Source of the DNA: an uncultured Clostridia bacterium
GTDB lineage: Bacteria; Bacillota; Clostridia; Christensenellales; UBA1242
DNA length: 64,000 nucleotides
Assembly: GCA_944345705.1 (NCBI GenBank)
Contig: CALVML010000004.1
Coordinates: forward strand, 16,965-80,964
Reading direction: 5' to 3'
The first letter of the stretch is position 1, and the number at the start of each line of letters is the position of its first letter. Shown piece after piece: positions 9,684 to 19,808 of the stretch. The notes under the pieces were generated by a model. The model was given only the letters and a program-made list of their open reading frames with translations, searched no databases and was not told the DNA's origin. The position numbers and the translations under genes were made by a program.

Positions 9684-10247
9684 ATGAAAAAGGTTAATAA
9701 AGATAATTTTATATGGATTTTTGCCTGCGGATTGCTTGTTGTGCTTTTAGGAATATCAATCTATTTAGGAGTATCTGGTTGGTATTTTAAAAATGACTTT
9801 TCCTATACAACAGACTTAGAGCTTGGCAAAACTGTATCCACAGGGATAGGCATCAATGAAGCACAGGCGATTGCTTTTGGAGTAGACGGAAGTTACTTAT
9901 CAGGCGAAAAACTTCCGCAAATCATTTCTGTTTCAAATAACGGTGAAGAAGATATATATTTGCGTGCAAAAATATCTATCTATTCAGGTCAAAATCAAAC
10001 CTTAAAGATGGATATGCAGACAACTATAAACTGGACATATAACGATCAAGATGGATACTATTATTTTAATAGCACTCTGCCAAAAGATGAAAAAGTGACT
10101 CTTTGCTCCTATGTACTACTTGACAGCGAAGAAAACTACAAGACCGACACCAAATATATTGCGACTGTAGTTTTTGAGTCATTGAAAGCAACCGAAGATA
10201 TTCAAAACTTTTGGGGATATAATATTGAAAATGATTTGACAATTTAA
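9684..10247 (+). CDS. Signal-anchored exported protein of unknown function (weak TasA/camelysin-like look)
   Basis: 187 aa. N-terminal hydrophobic FIWIFACGLLVVLLGISIYLGV. NNGEEDIYLRAKISIY resembles the N-G-x-x-D-x-Y-x-R strand of SipW-dependent matrix proteins. Resemblance only. Confidence 0.4.
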   Translation: MKKVNKDNFIWIFACGLLVVLLGISIYLGVSGWYFKNDFSYTTDLELGKTVSTGIGINEAQAIAFGVDGSYLSGEKLPQIISVSNNGEEDIYLRAKISIYSGQNQTLKMDMQTTINWTYNDQDGYYYFNSTLPKDEKVTLCSYVLLDSEENYKTDTKYIATVVFESLKATEDIQNFWGYNIENDLTI

Positions 10248-10281
10248 TTTTATTTATCTATATTAATATTAAGAGGTTAAT

Positions 10282-10533
10282 ATGGAAGAAAATATGCCAC
10301 AAAATCAAAATAGACAAGTACCACCGCGTCCACCATTTATTCGTTCAAATTTAAACAATTCCGAAAATGAATTGAGTACAACGCAAGATGTTAAAGAGCA
10401 GTTGAATGAAAAAGCAAAAGCAAAAAAAGCGTCAAGATTAAATCCGCAAGCCAAACTTGTGATGATATCAATGTTTAGTGCACTTTGCTTTGCAGGGGCT
10501 ATAGCTTTGATTGTGCTAATGTTTATACTGTAA
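10282..10533 (+). CDS. Small tail-anchored membrane protein
   Basis: 83 aa. GAGG RBS. C-terminal TM LVMISMFSALCFAGAIALIVLMFIL. Confidence 0.45.
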   Translation: MEENMPQNQNRQVPPRPPFIRSNLNNSENELSTTQDVKEQLNEKAKAKKASRLNPQAKLVMISMFSALCFAGAIALIVLMFIL

Positions 10534-10612
10534 TCTATAAATCGACAAAATTTTTTAAAACTATAGCTTTATTTAAAGAATAATGCCATGACGATAAGTC
10601 AATCATCATATT

Positions 10613-11065
10613 ATGAAAAAGATGATTGGCTTTTTTTTGATAATAGCGCTTTTGATAGGCGCATCCCTGCTTAATGGCTTTAATCATGAAATAATATCTT
10701 CTTATAATAAGATTGCAATTGTTAGTTCAAATTATGTTGAAGAATATAAAGATAAAGCAATCGAAAGCGGAGGCAAGTATTATTATTTTTTTGATAACGA
10801 AAGTCTTATTGACTATGAAAAATTTGGAAATATTGAAGGCTTAAACTTTTACTTTGATAAAAATACATCATTTTCGTTTTTTGAAAATAATGTAGATTTT
10901 ATCTATAAAAGTGAAGGGGAGATAAATGGTTATGATATCTATTATGGCTATACAGTCAAATATAAAGATTTTTTAAATACAAACAACAAAAAGGTGAATT
11001 TTCAACTTGTAAATACTCAGGATGAATGGATAATGGGCTTTCCGCTGATTTTAACAGGTTTCTAA
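10613..11065 (+). CDS. Small secreted protein of unknown function
   Basis: 150 aa. Signal-like N-terminus MKKMIGFFLIIALLIGASLLNG. Confidence 0.45.
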   Translation: MKKMIGFFLIIALLIGASLLNGFNHEIISSYNKIAIVSSNYVEEYKDKAIESGGKYYYFFDNESLIDYEKFGNIEGLNFYFDKNTSFSFFENNVDFIYKSEGEINGYDIYYGYTVKYKDFLNTNNKKVNFQLVNTQDEWIMGFPLILTGF

Positions 11066-11164
11066 TGTCGAAAATTGACTAAACCAAAAAATTACTCAAT
11101 ATTTTTATGAAAACTTTATGTATAAACAAGATAACTTCGGTCAATAACCACAGTAGGAGGTAAT

Positions 11165-11728
11165 ATGGAAATAGGAAGAAAAAATCGTTTTGTTGAATTT
11201 ATCAAAAAGTACGGAATTTTTGTCGCTGTAGGACTTGTGATCTTTATAACAGCTCTCACATTTACTCTAATTGCGACATTAAATTCTGGTGTTCCAACAG
11301 GTACTACTAATTTAAGTTTTAGTTTGCCTATGGAAAATGCCACTGTGATTAAAGATTTTTCAGCTACTGAGCTTCAAAACAATGAAACTTTAAATCAGTG
11401 GGAAGCACATAAGTCGGTAGACTTAACTTCAGAAACAGGAGAAGTTTTTGCAGTGCTTGATGGTGAAGTAATTGGCGTAGACTATGACTACTTAAGTGGT
11501 TATACTATTACAATTTCTCATTCTGATGGTTTCCAATCAATCTACTCATCACTTGCTGAAAAAGTTGAAGTTGCTGTGGGCGATCAAGTGGTAGGTGGAC
11601 AAAAGATAGGTCAAGCTTCAACTAGTGCGAACGGCGAACTTGAAATGGCAGAACATCTTCATTTCACTTTGAAACTTAACGATAAAGCAGTTGATCCAAA
11701 CAGCTATCTAGACCTTCAAGCAAAATAA
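11165..11728 (+). CDS. Membrane-anchored M23-family metallopeptidase
   Basis: 187 aa. AGGAGG RBS, N-terminal TM. HSDGFQSIYSSL and AEHLHFTLKLNDKAVDP (HxH) motifs. Confidence 0.75.
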   Translation: MEIGRKNRFVEFIKKYGIFVAVGLVIFITALTFTLIATLNSGVPTGTTNLSFSLPMENATVIKDFSATELQNNETLNQWEAHKSVDLTSETGEVFAVLDGEVIGVDYDYLSGYTITISHSDGFQSIYSSLAEKVEVAVGDQVVGGQKIGQASTSANGELEMAEHLHFTLKLNDKAVDPNSYLDLQAK

Positions 11729-11840
11729 TTCAAATTGTTAAGAATTAGATAAATTCAACAGATAAATTTGCGATAAAATATTATCGCATTTTTATTTACA
11801 TATTTTTTTAGATATGCTATAATAATAAGCGGAGGGATTT

Positions 11841-12077
11841 ATGAGTACAATCGATAAAGTGAAACAACTTATAGCAGAACAACTTTGCATTTCGACTGAC
11901 GACATCAAAGATGATGCTAATATTATTGAAGATTTAGGTGCTGATTCGCTTGATGTGGTGGAACTTTTGATGAGTTTTGAAGATGAGTTTAAGGTTTCAA
12001 TTCCAGATGACCAACTTGAAAATTTAAAAACTATTCCACAAATCGTCAAGACGATTGATGAATATACAAAAAAGTAG
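11841..12077 (+). CDS. acpP: Acyl carrier protein
   Basis: 78 aa. DLGADSLDVVELLMSFEDEF phosphopantetheine-attachment motif. Confidence 0.9.
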   Translation: MSTIDKVKQLIAEQLCISTDDIKDDANIIEDLGADSLDVVELLMSFEDEFKVSIPDDQLENLKTIPQIVKTIDEYTKK

Positions 12078-12123
12078 ACAAACTTGTTAAAAATTTTTAG
12101 ACACGATGTTTATCTAAGGACTA

Positions 12124-12159
12124 GAGCGTTAGATTTGAAAATATTTCTAATGCTTTTTT
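12124..12159 (+). terminator. Intrinsic terminator after acpP
   Basis: Stem agcgttaga (12124-12132) / tctaatgct (12146-12154) with one G-U, then a T-run. Confidence 0.55.
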
Positions 12160-12337
12160 ATTTTAAATTTAATTATAATACAATTTTATTCAAAGATTTA
12201 TTGTTGTTTTTAATAGTTTGAAAGCATTATTAAATATTCCTTAGCAAAAAATCAAAATTGCCTGCCTTTCAACAAAAATCTACAAATTTTGACATATATT
12301 TCCTTTTTTCATCATAGTTTATAGGGTGGAGGAATGT

Positions 12338-12604
12338 ATGAAAGATGCAATAAGGGAGCGGGTATACATGCTTGCTAGTCACATACTTGAAACTCATGAC
12401 ACTGTGAGGAAGACTGCTTCTATTTTTGGATTTAGCAAAAGTACCGTTCATCATGATGTATCAATAAAACTGCAAGCAATTGATTTATCTCTCTTTGCGC
12501 AGGTTAAAGATATATTAGATGAAAATTTTGCTGAAAAACATTTGCGAGGGGGACAGGCAACAAAGGAGAAATATTTGAGCATAAGCGAAAAACATGCTTT
12601 ATAA
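12338..12604 (+). CDS. spoIIID: SpoIIID-family transcriptional regulator
   Basis: MKDAIRERVYMLASHILETHDTVRKTASIFGFSKSTVHHDV...HLRGGQATKEKY closely follows the SpoIIID pattern (HTH FGVSKSTVHKD, RGG-x-ATK). ATG at 12338 sits behind a GGTGGAGG RBS. Confidence 0.75.
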   Translation: MKDAIRERVYMLASHILETHDTVRKTASIFGFSKSTVHHDVSIKLQAIDLSLFAQVKDILDENFAEKHLRGGQATKEKYLSISEKHAL

Positions 12605-12613
12605 ATACAATAA

Positions 12614-12658
12614 AAAGAGAGTTTAAATTTTGGTATGGAAATCTAAACTCTCTTTTTT
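12614..12658. terminator. Bidirectional terminator between spoIIID and fba
   Basis: Stem aaagagagttta (12614-12625) / taaactctcttt (12644-12655), flanked by A- and T-runs. Confidence 0.6.
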
Positions 12659-12689
12659 GTTCTGTTTATTATAAACTAAACATTATAGT

Positions 12690-13610
12690 TTAATTTATAT
12701 TATTTGCGCTAAATAATAGATTTTGATTTTTATCCATCACAACGCGTTCTATTTCTTCTCGTCCTTTGCCTAAATATTTTCGAAGATCAAATTCTTTTGG
12801 ATTTTCGCTTAAGACTTTTCTTACCTGCATTGACATAGCAAGTCTTAAGTCTGTGTCAGTATTGATTTTTACGATATTGTGATTTTTTATCGCTTCAATT
12901 AGAAGATCTTTTGGCACACCGACAGCATGTTCAAGGCATCCACCGAAACTATTGAATTTATCTACAAGCTCTTTGTCGACAGTTGATGCGCCGTGAAGCA
13001 CAAGTGGAAAAGATGGCAAAAGATTTTCTATCTCTTGCAAGATATCAAATCGCAAAGTTTGCTCGCCTTTATATTTATAAGCGCCATGACTTGTGCCAAT
13101 CGCAACAGCCAAACTATCTACGCCAGTGCTTTCTACAAAGATTTTGGCTTGGCTTGGGTCAGTAAAATGATGGTTAGACGATGAAACATTATCTTCTATT
13201 CCTTTAAGTTGTCCAAGTTCGCCTTCGACCTGTACATCAAATTTGTGAGCATAATCACATACCTTTTTTGTCAATGCTATATTTTCATTAAATTCCAAAC
13301 TACTTCCATCGATCATGACACTATCAAAGCCGAGATCTATTGCTTTTTTGCAAACCTCAAAACTTTTGCCATGATCTAGGTGTAAGAATAAGTGCGGAAA
13401 ACTTGCTTTTGCGCCTTTTGCAAGTTCGATGATGAAATCATCACCAATATAAGATAAAGCACCTTCGCTGACAGCAATTATTGCCGGTGCATTAGTCTTT
13501 TTGCAACCACTAACAATGCCTTGCAGACTTTCCATATTGTTAAAATTGAAAGCGCCAAGAGCAAAGTGATTTTTAAGTGCGATTTTGTAATATTGCTTTA
13601 ATTTATTCAT
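12690..13610 (-). CDS. fba: Class II fructose-bisphosphate aldolase
   Basis: 306 aa. LHLDHG, VEGELG and LVLHGAST motifs. Confidence 0.9.
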   Translation of the reverse strand: MNKLKQYYKIALKNHFALGAFNFNNMESLQGIVSGCKKTNAPAIIAVSEGALSYIGDDFIIELAKGAKASFPHLFLHLDHGKSFEVCKKAIDLGFDSVMIDGSSLEFNENIALTKKVCDYAHKFDVQVEGELGQLKGIEDNVSSSNHHFTDPSQAKIFVESTGVDSLAVAIGTSHGAYKYKGEQTLRFDILQEIENLLPSFPLVLHGASTVDKELVDKFNSFGGCLEHAVGVPKDLLIEAIKNHNIVKINTDTDLRLAMSMQVRKVLSENPKEFDLRKYLGKGREEIERVVMDKNQNLLFSANNIN

Positions 13611-13681
13611 AATTTCCCCTTGATAATTTTAACACATTTTTTGAATTTGTCCAACATATTGTTATAAAAGGGGAGAAGAAT

Positions 13682-14338
13682 ATGAAAAAAAAGATATTAA
13701 TGATGTTGTCATCACTTGCAGTTGTGCTTTTTCTTTTTACGGGGTGCAGTGGCTTATCAATCAATAATTGTATAAGCGAGATAACTTTCACTTATTTCAA
13801 GGGACAAGATAGTTCGAGCTCTAACGTTTATGCAAGTATCAGCGTAGGAGAAAGAGAAGAGCCATACAAAATGGATGGAAAACATAGAAAAAATGTTGAT
13901 TTTGCACTTATTAACTTAATCCTTGATGATGTAAGTCAAAATGAAGTTATGGCTACCATTGAAATAGATGGCACTGCAAGCGAAATCATGCTAGAATTTA
14001 ATCCGCGCACCAGTTCGTATATGGCAGATTTAGGATATGCAATCAGTGGCGACAGCGTTGTAAATTTAAAAGTAGACAATTACAGTATTGATTTTTCTAA
14101 TATTAGCAAAGATTTCAAAGTGGACTACAATAAGGCATTAGAGATTGGCGAAAAGTTGTTAAGCGAAAATGTTGCAAATTTTTCAAGCAGCAATTTTGAC
14201 GGAGAAATTTATTTAAAGCTTTTCACAATGGAAGGAAGTGATGTGCTATATTGGATATATACTGCTGTCTATGAGAATGGGGTAACCTATAACTTTGCTA
14301 TCAATGTCAATGATGAAAATGATGTTTATGTAGATTGA
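13682..14338 (+). CDS. Lipoprotein of unknown function
   Basis: 218 aa. Signal plus lipobox LFLFTGCSG. GGGGAG RBS. Confidence 0.6.
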   Translation: MKKKILMMLSSLAVVLFLFTGCSGLSINNCISEITFTYFKGQDSSSSNVYASISVGEREEPYKMDGKHRKNVDFALINLILDDVSQNEVMATIEIDGTASEIMLEFNPRTSSYMADLGYAISGDSVVNLKVDNYSIDFSNISKDFKVDYNKALEIGEKLLSENVANFSSSNFDGEIYLKLFTMEGSDVLYWIYTAVYENGVTYNFAINVNDENDVYVD

Positions 14339-14405
14339 TTATCTTAAATAAAATGATTTTATTAATTGTATTTGATTTTTAGATCAAATTTGCTATAATA
14401 AAGCC

Positions 14406-15521
14406 ATGTTAGATTTAAAGACTAGTCAAACTATAAAAGAAAATGCTGTTGTGATCTGTGTGCTTACAAAGAAAACTGACAGCTTGAATAGAAAGATAGA
14501 CGAAATCAATCGTCTATGCTTTTCTAGTGATTTAAATGTCATTAAAAATTTTCATCAAAACATTAAGGAATTTAATAAGGCAACTGTTATTGGAAGCGGT
14601 AAGGTGGAAGAAATCAAACAATTTATTGAAAATTGCGAAGAAATTATTGATGTAGTAATTGTAGATTATGCATTATCAGGCTCTCAAATGAAAAATCTTT
14701 CAAGTGCGTTTAAGGTTAAGGTAGTAGATAGAGTTGGTTTGATTATAGACATCTTTGCAAAAGGTGCAAAGTCAAACGAAGCCAAACTGCAAGTCAAACT
14801 TGCTCAAGATCAATATCTATTGCCAAGGCTCTCACAACTTCAAGGTACAAGCGGACGATTTGGAAGTGCGGGGGTTGGTATGAGAGGACCGGGCGAAACT
14901 AAACTTGAACTCAATAGGCGAGTTTTAGAAAATGAAATCGCATCGCTCAAAAAACAGATTGCCAAAATAAAAAATCAAAGGGTTGTCACGAAAAAGGATC
15001 GTCTTAACAGCAATTTGCCACTTATTGCACTTGTAGGTTATACAAATAGTGGAAAATCTTCTCTGCTTAAGACTTTGACTAAAGAAGAAATATATACAGA
15101 TGATAAATACTTTGCAACTCTTGATACGCTTTCTAGAAAATTTCGATTTACCGATGGCACTCAAGCGATACTAACTGACACTGTTGGCTTTATAAGTGAT
15201 CTTCCACATCAACTAGTGGATGCCTTTTCTTCAACTTTGGAAGAAGCGGTAAGTGCCGATCTTATACTCCACGTTGTCGATATTTCATTGCAAAAAGAAG
15301 AAAATGGCATGAAAGAGTTTGAGTCCAACATGAAGGTGACAAACGATCTCCTTGACAGCCTTGGTGCAACAGATAATAGGATAGTAGTATATAATAAATG
15401 TGATCTTTTATCTAAACCAATCTTACTAAAACAAAATGAAGTTTTGATATCAACAAAGCTTAAAAAAGGTATAGATATCATGCTTAACAAAATCAAAGAA
15501 AATTTGGATAATTTAAATTAG
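14406..15521 (+). CDS. hflX: GTPase HflX
   Basis: 371 aa. GPGETKLELNRR, G1 GYTNSGKSSLL, G3 DTVGF, G4 NKCD. Confidence 0.9.
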   Translation: MLDLKTSQTIKENAVVICVLTKKTDSLNRKIDEINRLCFSSDLNVIKNFHQNIKEFNKATVIGSGKVEEIKQFIENCEEIIDVVIVDYALSGSQMKNLSSAFKVKVVDRVGLIIDIFAKGAKSNEAKLQVKLAQDQYLLPRLSQLQGTSGRFGSAGVGMRGPGETKLELNRRVLENEIASLKKQIAKIKNQRVVTKKDRLNSNLPLIALVGYTNSGKSSLLKTLTKEEIYTDDKYFATLDTLSRKFRFTDGTQAILTDTVGFISDLPHQLVDAFSSTLEEAVSADLILHVVDISLQKEENGMKEFESNMKVTNDLLDSLGATDNRIVVYNKCDLLSKPILLKQNEVLISTKLKKGIDIMLNKIKENLDNLN

Positions 15522-15625
15522 ATCTATAAATTTTCATGAAAAAACTATAAAATATTTAAAAAACAATGCAATTTTATGTAATTTTTTTGAAATTTGTAAA
15601 ATTTAAAATAGTGAATATAATAAAA

Positions 15626-15672
15626 AAATCATGCAAGAAATTTGACGCGTTAAAAATATTGCATGATTTTTT
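15626..15672. terminator. Bidirectional terminator between hflX and the convergent small gene
   Basis: Stem aaatcatgca (15626-15635) / tgcatgattt (15660-15669) followed by a T-run. Confidence 0.55.
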
Positions 15673-15744
15673 ATAAACTTTTTTATATTGAATTAAAATA
15701 CAAGTTGTTTAGGCAAGACACATAAGTTTTAGTGTGCAAGATCT

Positions 15745-15969
15745 TTACTTGTTTTTCATATCTTGCTCATATACTTCATTTAGCTTTTTTACAAGAAAGT
15801 CTACATCTACTTCATGTACACTTGCAGCTTCTTCAACCGTTTCTTCAAGTCCAAAATGGCAAAATATGCAGTGCATGCCGAAACCCATAAATACATCGCC
15901 AAGATTTTCGTCTAGTGCGATGACATCATCAATAATCATGTCTTTTGTTATTTTTTCAATCTTTTTCAT
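15745..15969 (-). CDS. DUF1858-like small redox-disulfide domain protein
   Basis: MKKIEKITKDMIIDDVIALDENLGDVFMGFGMHCIFCHFGLEETVEEAASVHEVDVDFLVKKLN matches the hybrid-cluster-associated GMHC-x-x-C pattern. Start moved to the internal Met; the ORF track extends to 16155. Confidence 0.55.
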   Translation of the reverse strand: MKKIEKITKDMIIDDVIALDENLGDVFMGFGMHCIFCHFGLEETVEEAASVHEVDVDFLVKKLNEVYEQDMKNK

Positions 15970-16127
15970 GGACTCAAGAATAGCACAAAGCTTAAATTTT
16001 GTCAAGATTTTATTACAATTAAAATATTCTCTTTGATTTTTAATTTTTAAAAGAAGAATAATATGTCGAATAGTGTCTATTTTTGTAAGTATGTCATTTT
16101 TGTGTAATTTTGTTAGTATGTTATAGC

Positions 16128-16823
16128 ATGGAAAAGTTGAGCGATTATATTTCAAAAAAGATTATTACCATAGAAGAAGGAAGTTTGGTTGGTTATGTTT
16201 TAAATGTAAGTATAGATGAAACATATTCAAAAGTTGTATCTTTGGTGGTTGTAGATGAAGAAAGTGAGCAAATTTTTCTTCTTGATATAGGCAAGATTTG
16301 TGCAATAAGTGAAGATTGTATCATGACTCGGTCGAAACAAGATTTATCTTTTTCGTTGCAAGAAGATTTCAATAATCCTATCGGCAAAATTGTGCTTGAC
16401 AAGGACGGAAAGACACTTGGAAGGGTTATGGATATCTATTTGGATAAATTCAATATCCGTGCAATAGTGACCGACTTATGTCAATTTTCACCTAGGTATA
16501 TCTATTCGTCAAGTGATAAATATTTAATTTTTGGTTTGCGTAAAAAAAGAAAAGCCATGCCTATTTTTAAAATAGAAAATAGCGAAGATCTGCCAAAGGT
16601 AACAATAAGTGATTTCCCAAAAAATGAAAATACCTTTGCTTACAGCAATCCTTACAAAATCATAGCAAATCAAGAAAGTCTGATAGGAAGAAAGATGACC
16701 TGTGACATTTTAGGCTATAACAACGAACTTGTAGCCAAAAAAGATGAGGTGATCAGTGCAAAAACAATAAACAAAGCAAAAAAGCACAACAAGATTTCAT
16801 TATTAAGTTATTATAGTAAATAA
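16128..16823 (+). CDS. PRC-barrel-like domain protein (tentative)
   Basis: About 231 aa. The N-terminal KKIITIEEGSLVGYVLNVSID...VVSLVVVD and a second GKIVLDKDGKTLGRVMDIYLD segment resemble PRC-barrel repeats. Confidence 0.4.
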   Translation: MEKLSDYISKKIITIEEGSLVGYVLNVSIDETYSKVVSLVVVDEESEQIFLLDIGKICAISEDCIMTRSKQDLSFSLQEDFNNPIGKIVLDKDGKTLGRVMDIYLDKFNIRAIVTDLCQFSPRYIYSSSDKYLIFGLRKKRKAMPIFKIENSEDLPKVTISDFPKNENTFAYSNPYKIIANQESLIGRKMTCDILGYNNELVAKKDEVISAKTINKAKKHNKISLLSYYSK

Positions 16824-17114
16824 ATTTTAAATTAAATTTAAAAAAATGATAAAAAATATAAAAATATCTAAAAATTAATAAAAAATTAAAAATATTGAAT
16901 TAAAAATCGATTTTTTTGTCGATTTTTATTTTTTTATTCTTTTATTTTTCAATTTTATTTTATAAAATAATGGAATTTGAAAACATGCACAATTTTTTTC
17001 GATTTTTATCTTTATTTTTTACTTTATATATTTTTTAAAAAAATATAAAAATCTAGTTGAATTTATTTGTATTTTTGATGTATTTTGTAGTAAAATAAGT
17101 TAGCGAGGTAAAAT

Positions 17115-19775
17115 ATGATTAGAGTTATACCTAGAAGAACCAAAGTAAAACTTGAGTTTATGAAGGGCGTCACAGCGGTCGACCTTATTATTGGCGTGAT
17201 TGCTGTTGTAATTTTAATTGTACTTGCAGCATCAAACTTCTCAGGTCATATCTGGGTTGCAATGGTCTGGGCGATACTTGCCTTATCACTTTTTTTCAAG
17301 CTTGCCGATAGTGACAGATTTTATGTAACTCTTATGCACCTTGCAAGATTTTCGATGCAAAAGAAAAAGTATGTAAAAGTTGATAAGAAAGGTAAAGGCA
17401 ATATTAAAGATATCATTCCTTTCCAATCAATTTATCAAGATAGATGCATTGCCTATGGCAATTATTACGCAGAAGTTTTGGAAGTCAAACCAATTCTTTT
17501 TGACCTATTAAATGAGTATAGTCAAAACAATGTTATTGACATTGGTTTTGGTAATGCTTTAAGACGACTTGATGATAATCAAGTTTGTGAACTTGTAAAA
17601 GTCAATAAAGCAATGGTGCTAGATAGTTACATATACAATGAAAACAAAAAGTATGATAGACTTCTTGATCAACAGTTTGAAGGACAGATGTCACAAGAAG
17701 AGGTTGATGCTAGAGCTCCAATTCTAGAAGAGAGAGTTGCTTTCATTGAGGACAGGAATAGAACAAACAAAATCTATAAAGATTATTTCTATCTTGTAGT
17801 ACTCGGTAAAGACCTTGAAGCACTTGACAATACTATAAGTGGTATGGCAACACAGCTTGCATCTTCTTTAACTCCTGTTACCACCAAGAGATTGACGGGC
17901 AGTGAACTTGCAGTATTCTTGCGTGCCAACTATAATAGAGAGTTTAATGAGCGTGAGCTTGAGAGTATGCCGTTTTCAGAATTCATCAACTGGGCAACTC
18001 CTGATAAGATTAAATTTTCATCAGCAAAATACAATATTGATGGTCAAGGCTATCGAACTTATGTTGTTACTGAATATCCATTGCAGGTTGGAAATGCATG
18101 GGGTGCATCATTCTTCCTTCTTGACCGAACAAAAGTTGTCATGAAATTTAAGAAAGCGCCAAAATTTGAATCAGAAAAGAAGATTGATAAGGCTATCATG
18201 GATATGGAAACCAAGCTTTATAAAACTGGTAAGAGTAGTACTCGTATTGAACTTACTACACACCTTGAAACTCTCCGTAATCTTCTTGCAGAACTTAAGA
18301 ACAACAATCAGCAACTTTATGATGTAAATACATTTATTACTTGCGAAGAAGCAGCTCGAAAAGATGTTAAAGCGATGCTTAAACAGGAAGGCTTTAGATT
18401 TAGTGAAATGTTTGCAAGACAAATTGATGCTTTCATTTCCACTGGTATTTCAATGAGAGATAATATAAAGGAATATCAAAGAGGTATACCTACTTCAACT
18501 CTTGCTGGTGTCTTCCCGTTTGTATCAAGTGAATTGCAAGATGAAAATGGCTTCTATATTGGCGACAATGCTTATCCTGTGTTTGTCGATTTCTTTAGGC
18601 GTGATGCACAAAGAGTCAACTCAAACATGATGATCATTGGAAAATCTGGATCTGGTAAAAGCTTTGCAACCAAAACGCTACTTGCAAACTTTGCGGCTGA
18701 TAATACCAAAATTTTCATTTGTGACCCAGAAAAAGAATACTCAAAACTTGCCGATAGCCTGCATGGCAAACTTATCGATGTCGGCTCTTCACTACAGGGT
18801 ATAATTAATCCTTTCCATGTAATTCGAGCTCTAGATAAAGACGAGGATGAAAAGATTGGTGGAAAAGTTATAGAAAAACAAGATGACTCATTCAATCAGC
18901 ATCTTCAATTCCTTGAACAATATTTTAGAACTATCTTGGAAGGTATCTCGTCTGATGCGTTCGAGGTTATCAACTCACTTGTACTTGATCTTTATAAAGA
19001 ATTTAATATAGACGAAAATACAGAATTGAAAGATTTGAAACCGACAGACTATCCAACTTTCGATGACCTATATGCTTTGCTTCAAAGAAGACTGAAAGAG
19101 GCTAAAGAGGAGTTTGTGCTTAACAATCTTCGTGTCGCAGAAACATATATTAGAAAATTTGCAAGTGGCGGACGAAACTCTAACCTTTGGAATGGACCAA
19201 CTTCAATTGAAACAAACGAAAACTTTGTCTGCTTCAACTTCCAATCACTTATTGCAGGAAACAATGATATGCTTACCAACGCACAAATGCTTTTGGTATT
19301 TAAATATATTGAAAACGAGATCATCAACAATAAAGATTATAACAAGATACACAATACTAATAGAAAGATTATTGTTGTCGTGGATGAAGCGCACACTTTC
19401 ATTAACCCTAAGTATCCTATAGCGCTAAACTTCATGACTGCAATGGCTAAGAGAATTCGTAAATATGGCGGTATGCAGATTGTTATTACTCAGAACATCA
19501 ACGACTTCGTAGGTTCAGAAGAAATCAAAAGACAATCAACTGCGGTTATTAATGCCTGCCAGTATTCAATGATATTCTCGCTATCGCCAAACGATGTAAA
19601 CGACCTTATCGAACTATATAAAAACTCGGGTGGTATTAATAAGGAAGAGCGTAACAGAATTGTTTCAGCATCTGTTGGTCAAGCGTTTGTTATTACATCG
19701 CCGACCGCTCGTACCATGGTGCAAATCCGTCCACTTGATTATGTAGTTTCAATCTTCAAAGAGAAAAACGAATAA
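17115..19775 (+). CDS. virB4: VirB3/PrgI-like two-TM segment fused to a VirB4/TrsE-family type IV secretion ATPase
   Basis: 886 aa. TM helices VDLIIGVIAVVILIVLAASNF and IWVAMVWAILALSLFFKL. Walker A MMIIGKSGSGKSFATK, Walker B IIVVVDEAHTF, GGMQIVITQNINDF. An ~500-aa pre-ATPase region is typical of VirB4. GAGG RBS. Confidence 0.75.
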   Translation: MIRVIPRRTKVKLEFMKGVTAVDLIIGVIAVVILIVLAASNFSGHIWVAMVWAILALSLFFKLADSDRFYVTLMHLARFSMQKKKYVKVDKKGKGNIKDIIPFQSIYQDRCIAYGNYYAEVLEVKPILFDLLNEYSQNNVIDIGFGNALRRLDDNQVCELVKVNKAMVLDSYIYNENKKYDRLLDQQFEGQMSQEEVDARAPILEERVAFIEDRNRTNKIYKDYFYLVVLGKDLEALDNTISGMATQLASSLTPVTTKRLTGSELAVFLRANYNREFNERELESMPFSEFINWATPDKIKFSSAKYNIDGQGYRTYVVTEYPLQVGNAWGASFFLLDRTKVVMKFKKAPKFESEKKIDKAIMDMETKLYKTGKSSTRIELTTHLETLRNLLAELKNNNQQLYDVNTFITCEEAARKDVKAMLKQEGFRFSEMFARQIDAFISTGISMRDNIKEYQRGIPTSTLAGVFPFVSSELQDENGFYIGDNAYPVFVDFFRRDAQRVNSNMMIIGKSGSGKSFATKTLLANFAADNTKIFICDPEKEYSKLADSLHGKLIDVGSSLQGIINPFHVIRALDKDEDEKIGGKVIEKQDDSFNQHLQFLEQYFRTILEGISSDAFEVINSLVLDLYKEFNIDENTELKDLKPTDYPTFDDLYALLQRRLKEAKEEFVLNNLRVAETYIRKFASGGRNSNLWNGPTSIETNENFVCFNFQSLIAGNNDMLTNAQMLLVFKYIENEIINNKDYNKIHNTNRKIIVVVDEAHTFINPKYPIALNFMTAMAKRIRKYGGMQIVITQNINDFVGSEEIKRQSTAVINACQYSMIFSLSPNDVNDLIELYKNSGGINKEERNRIVSASVGQAFVITSPTARTMVQIRPLDYVVSIFKEKNE

Positions 19776-19808
19776 CACCTAAGTTATGCCTATCAAAAAA
19801 GGAGTAGA

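Noticed and set aside
15734-16155. Long forms of the overlapping ORFs at this locus (100-aa plus-strand ORF, 136-aa minus-strand ORF).
   Set aside because: Only the C-terminal 74 codons of the minus ORF carry the DUF1858-like motif and start at a sensible Met. The plus-strand ORF is its antisense shadow.
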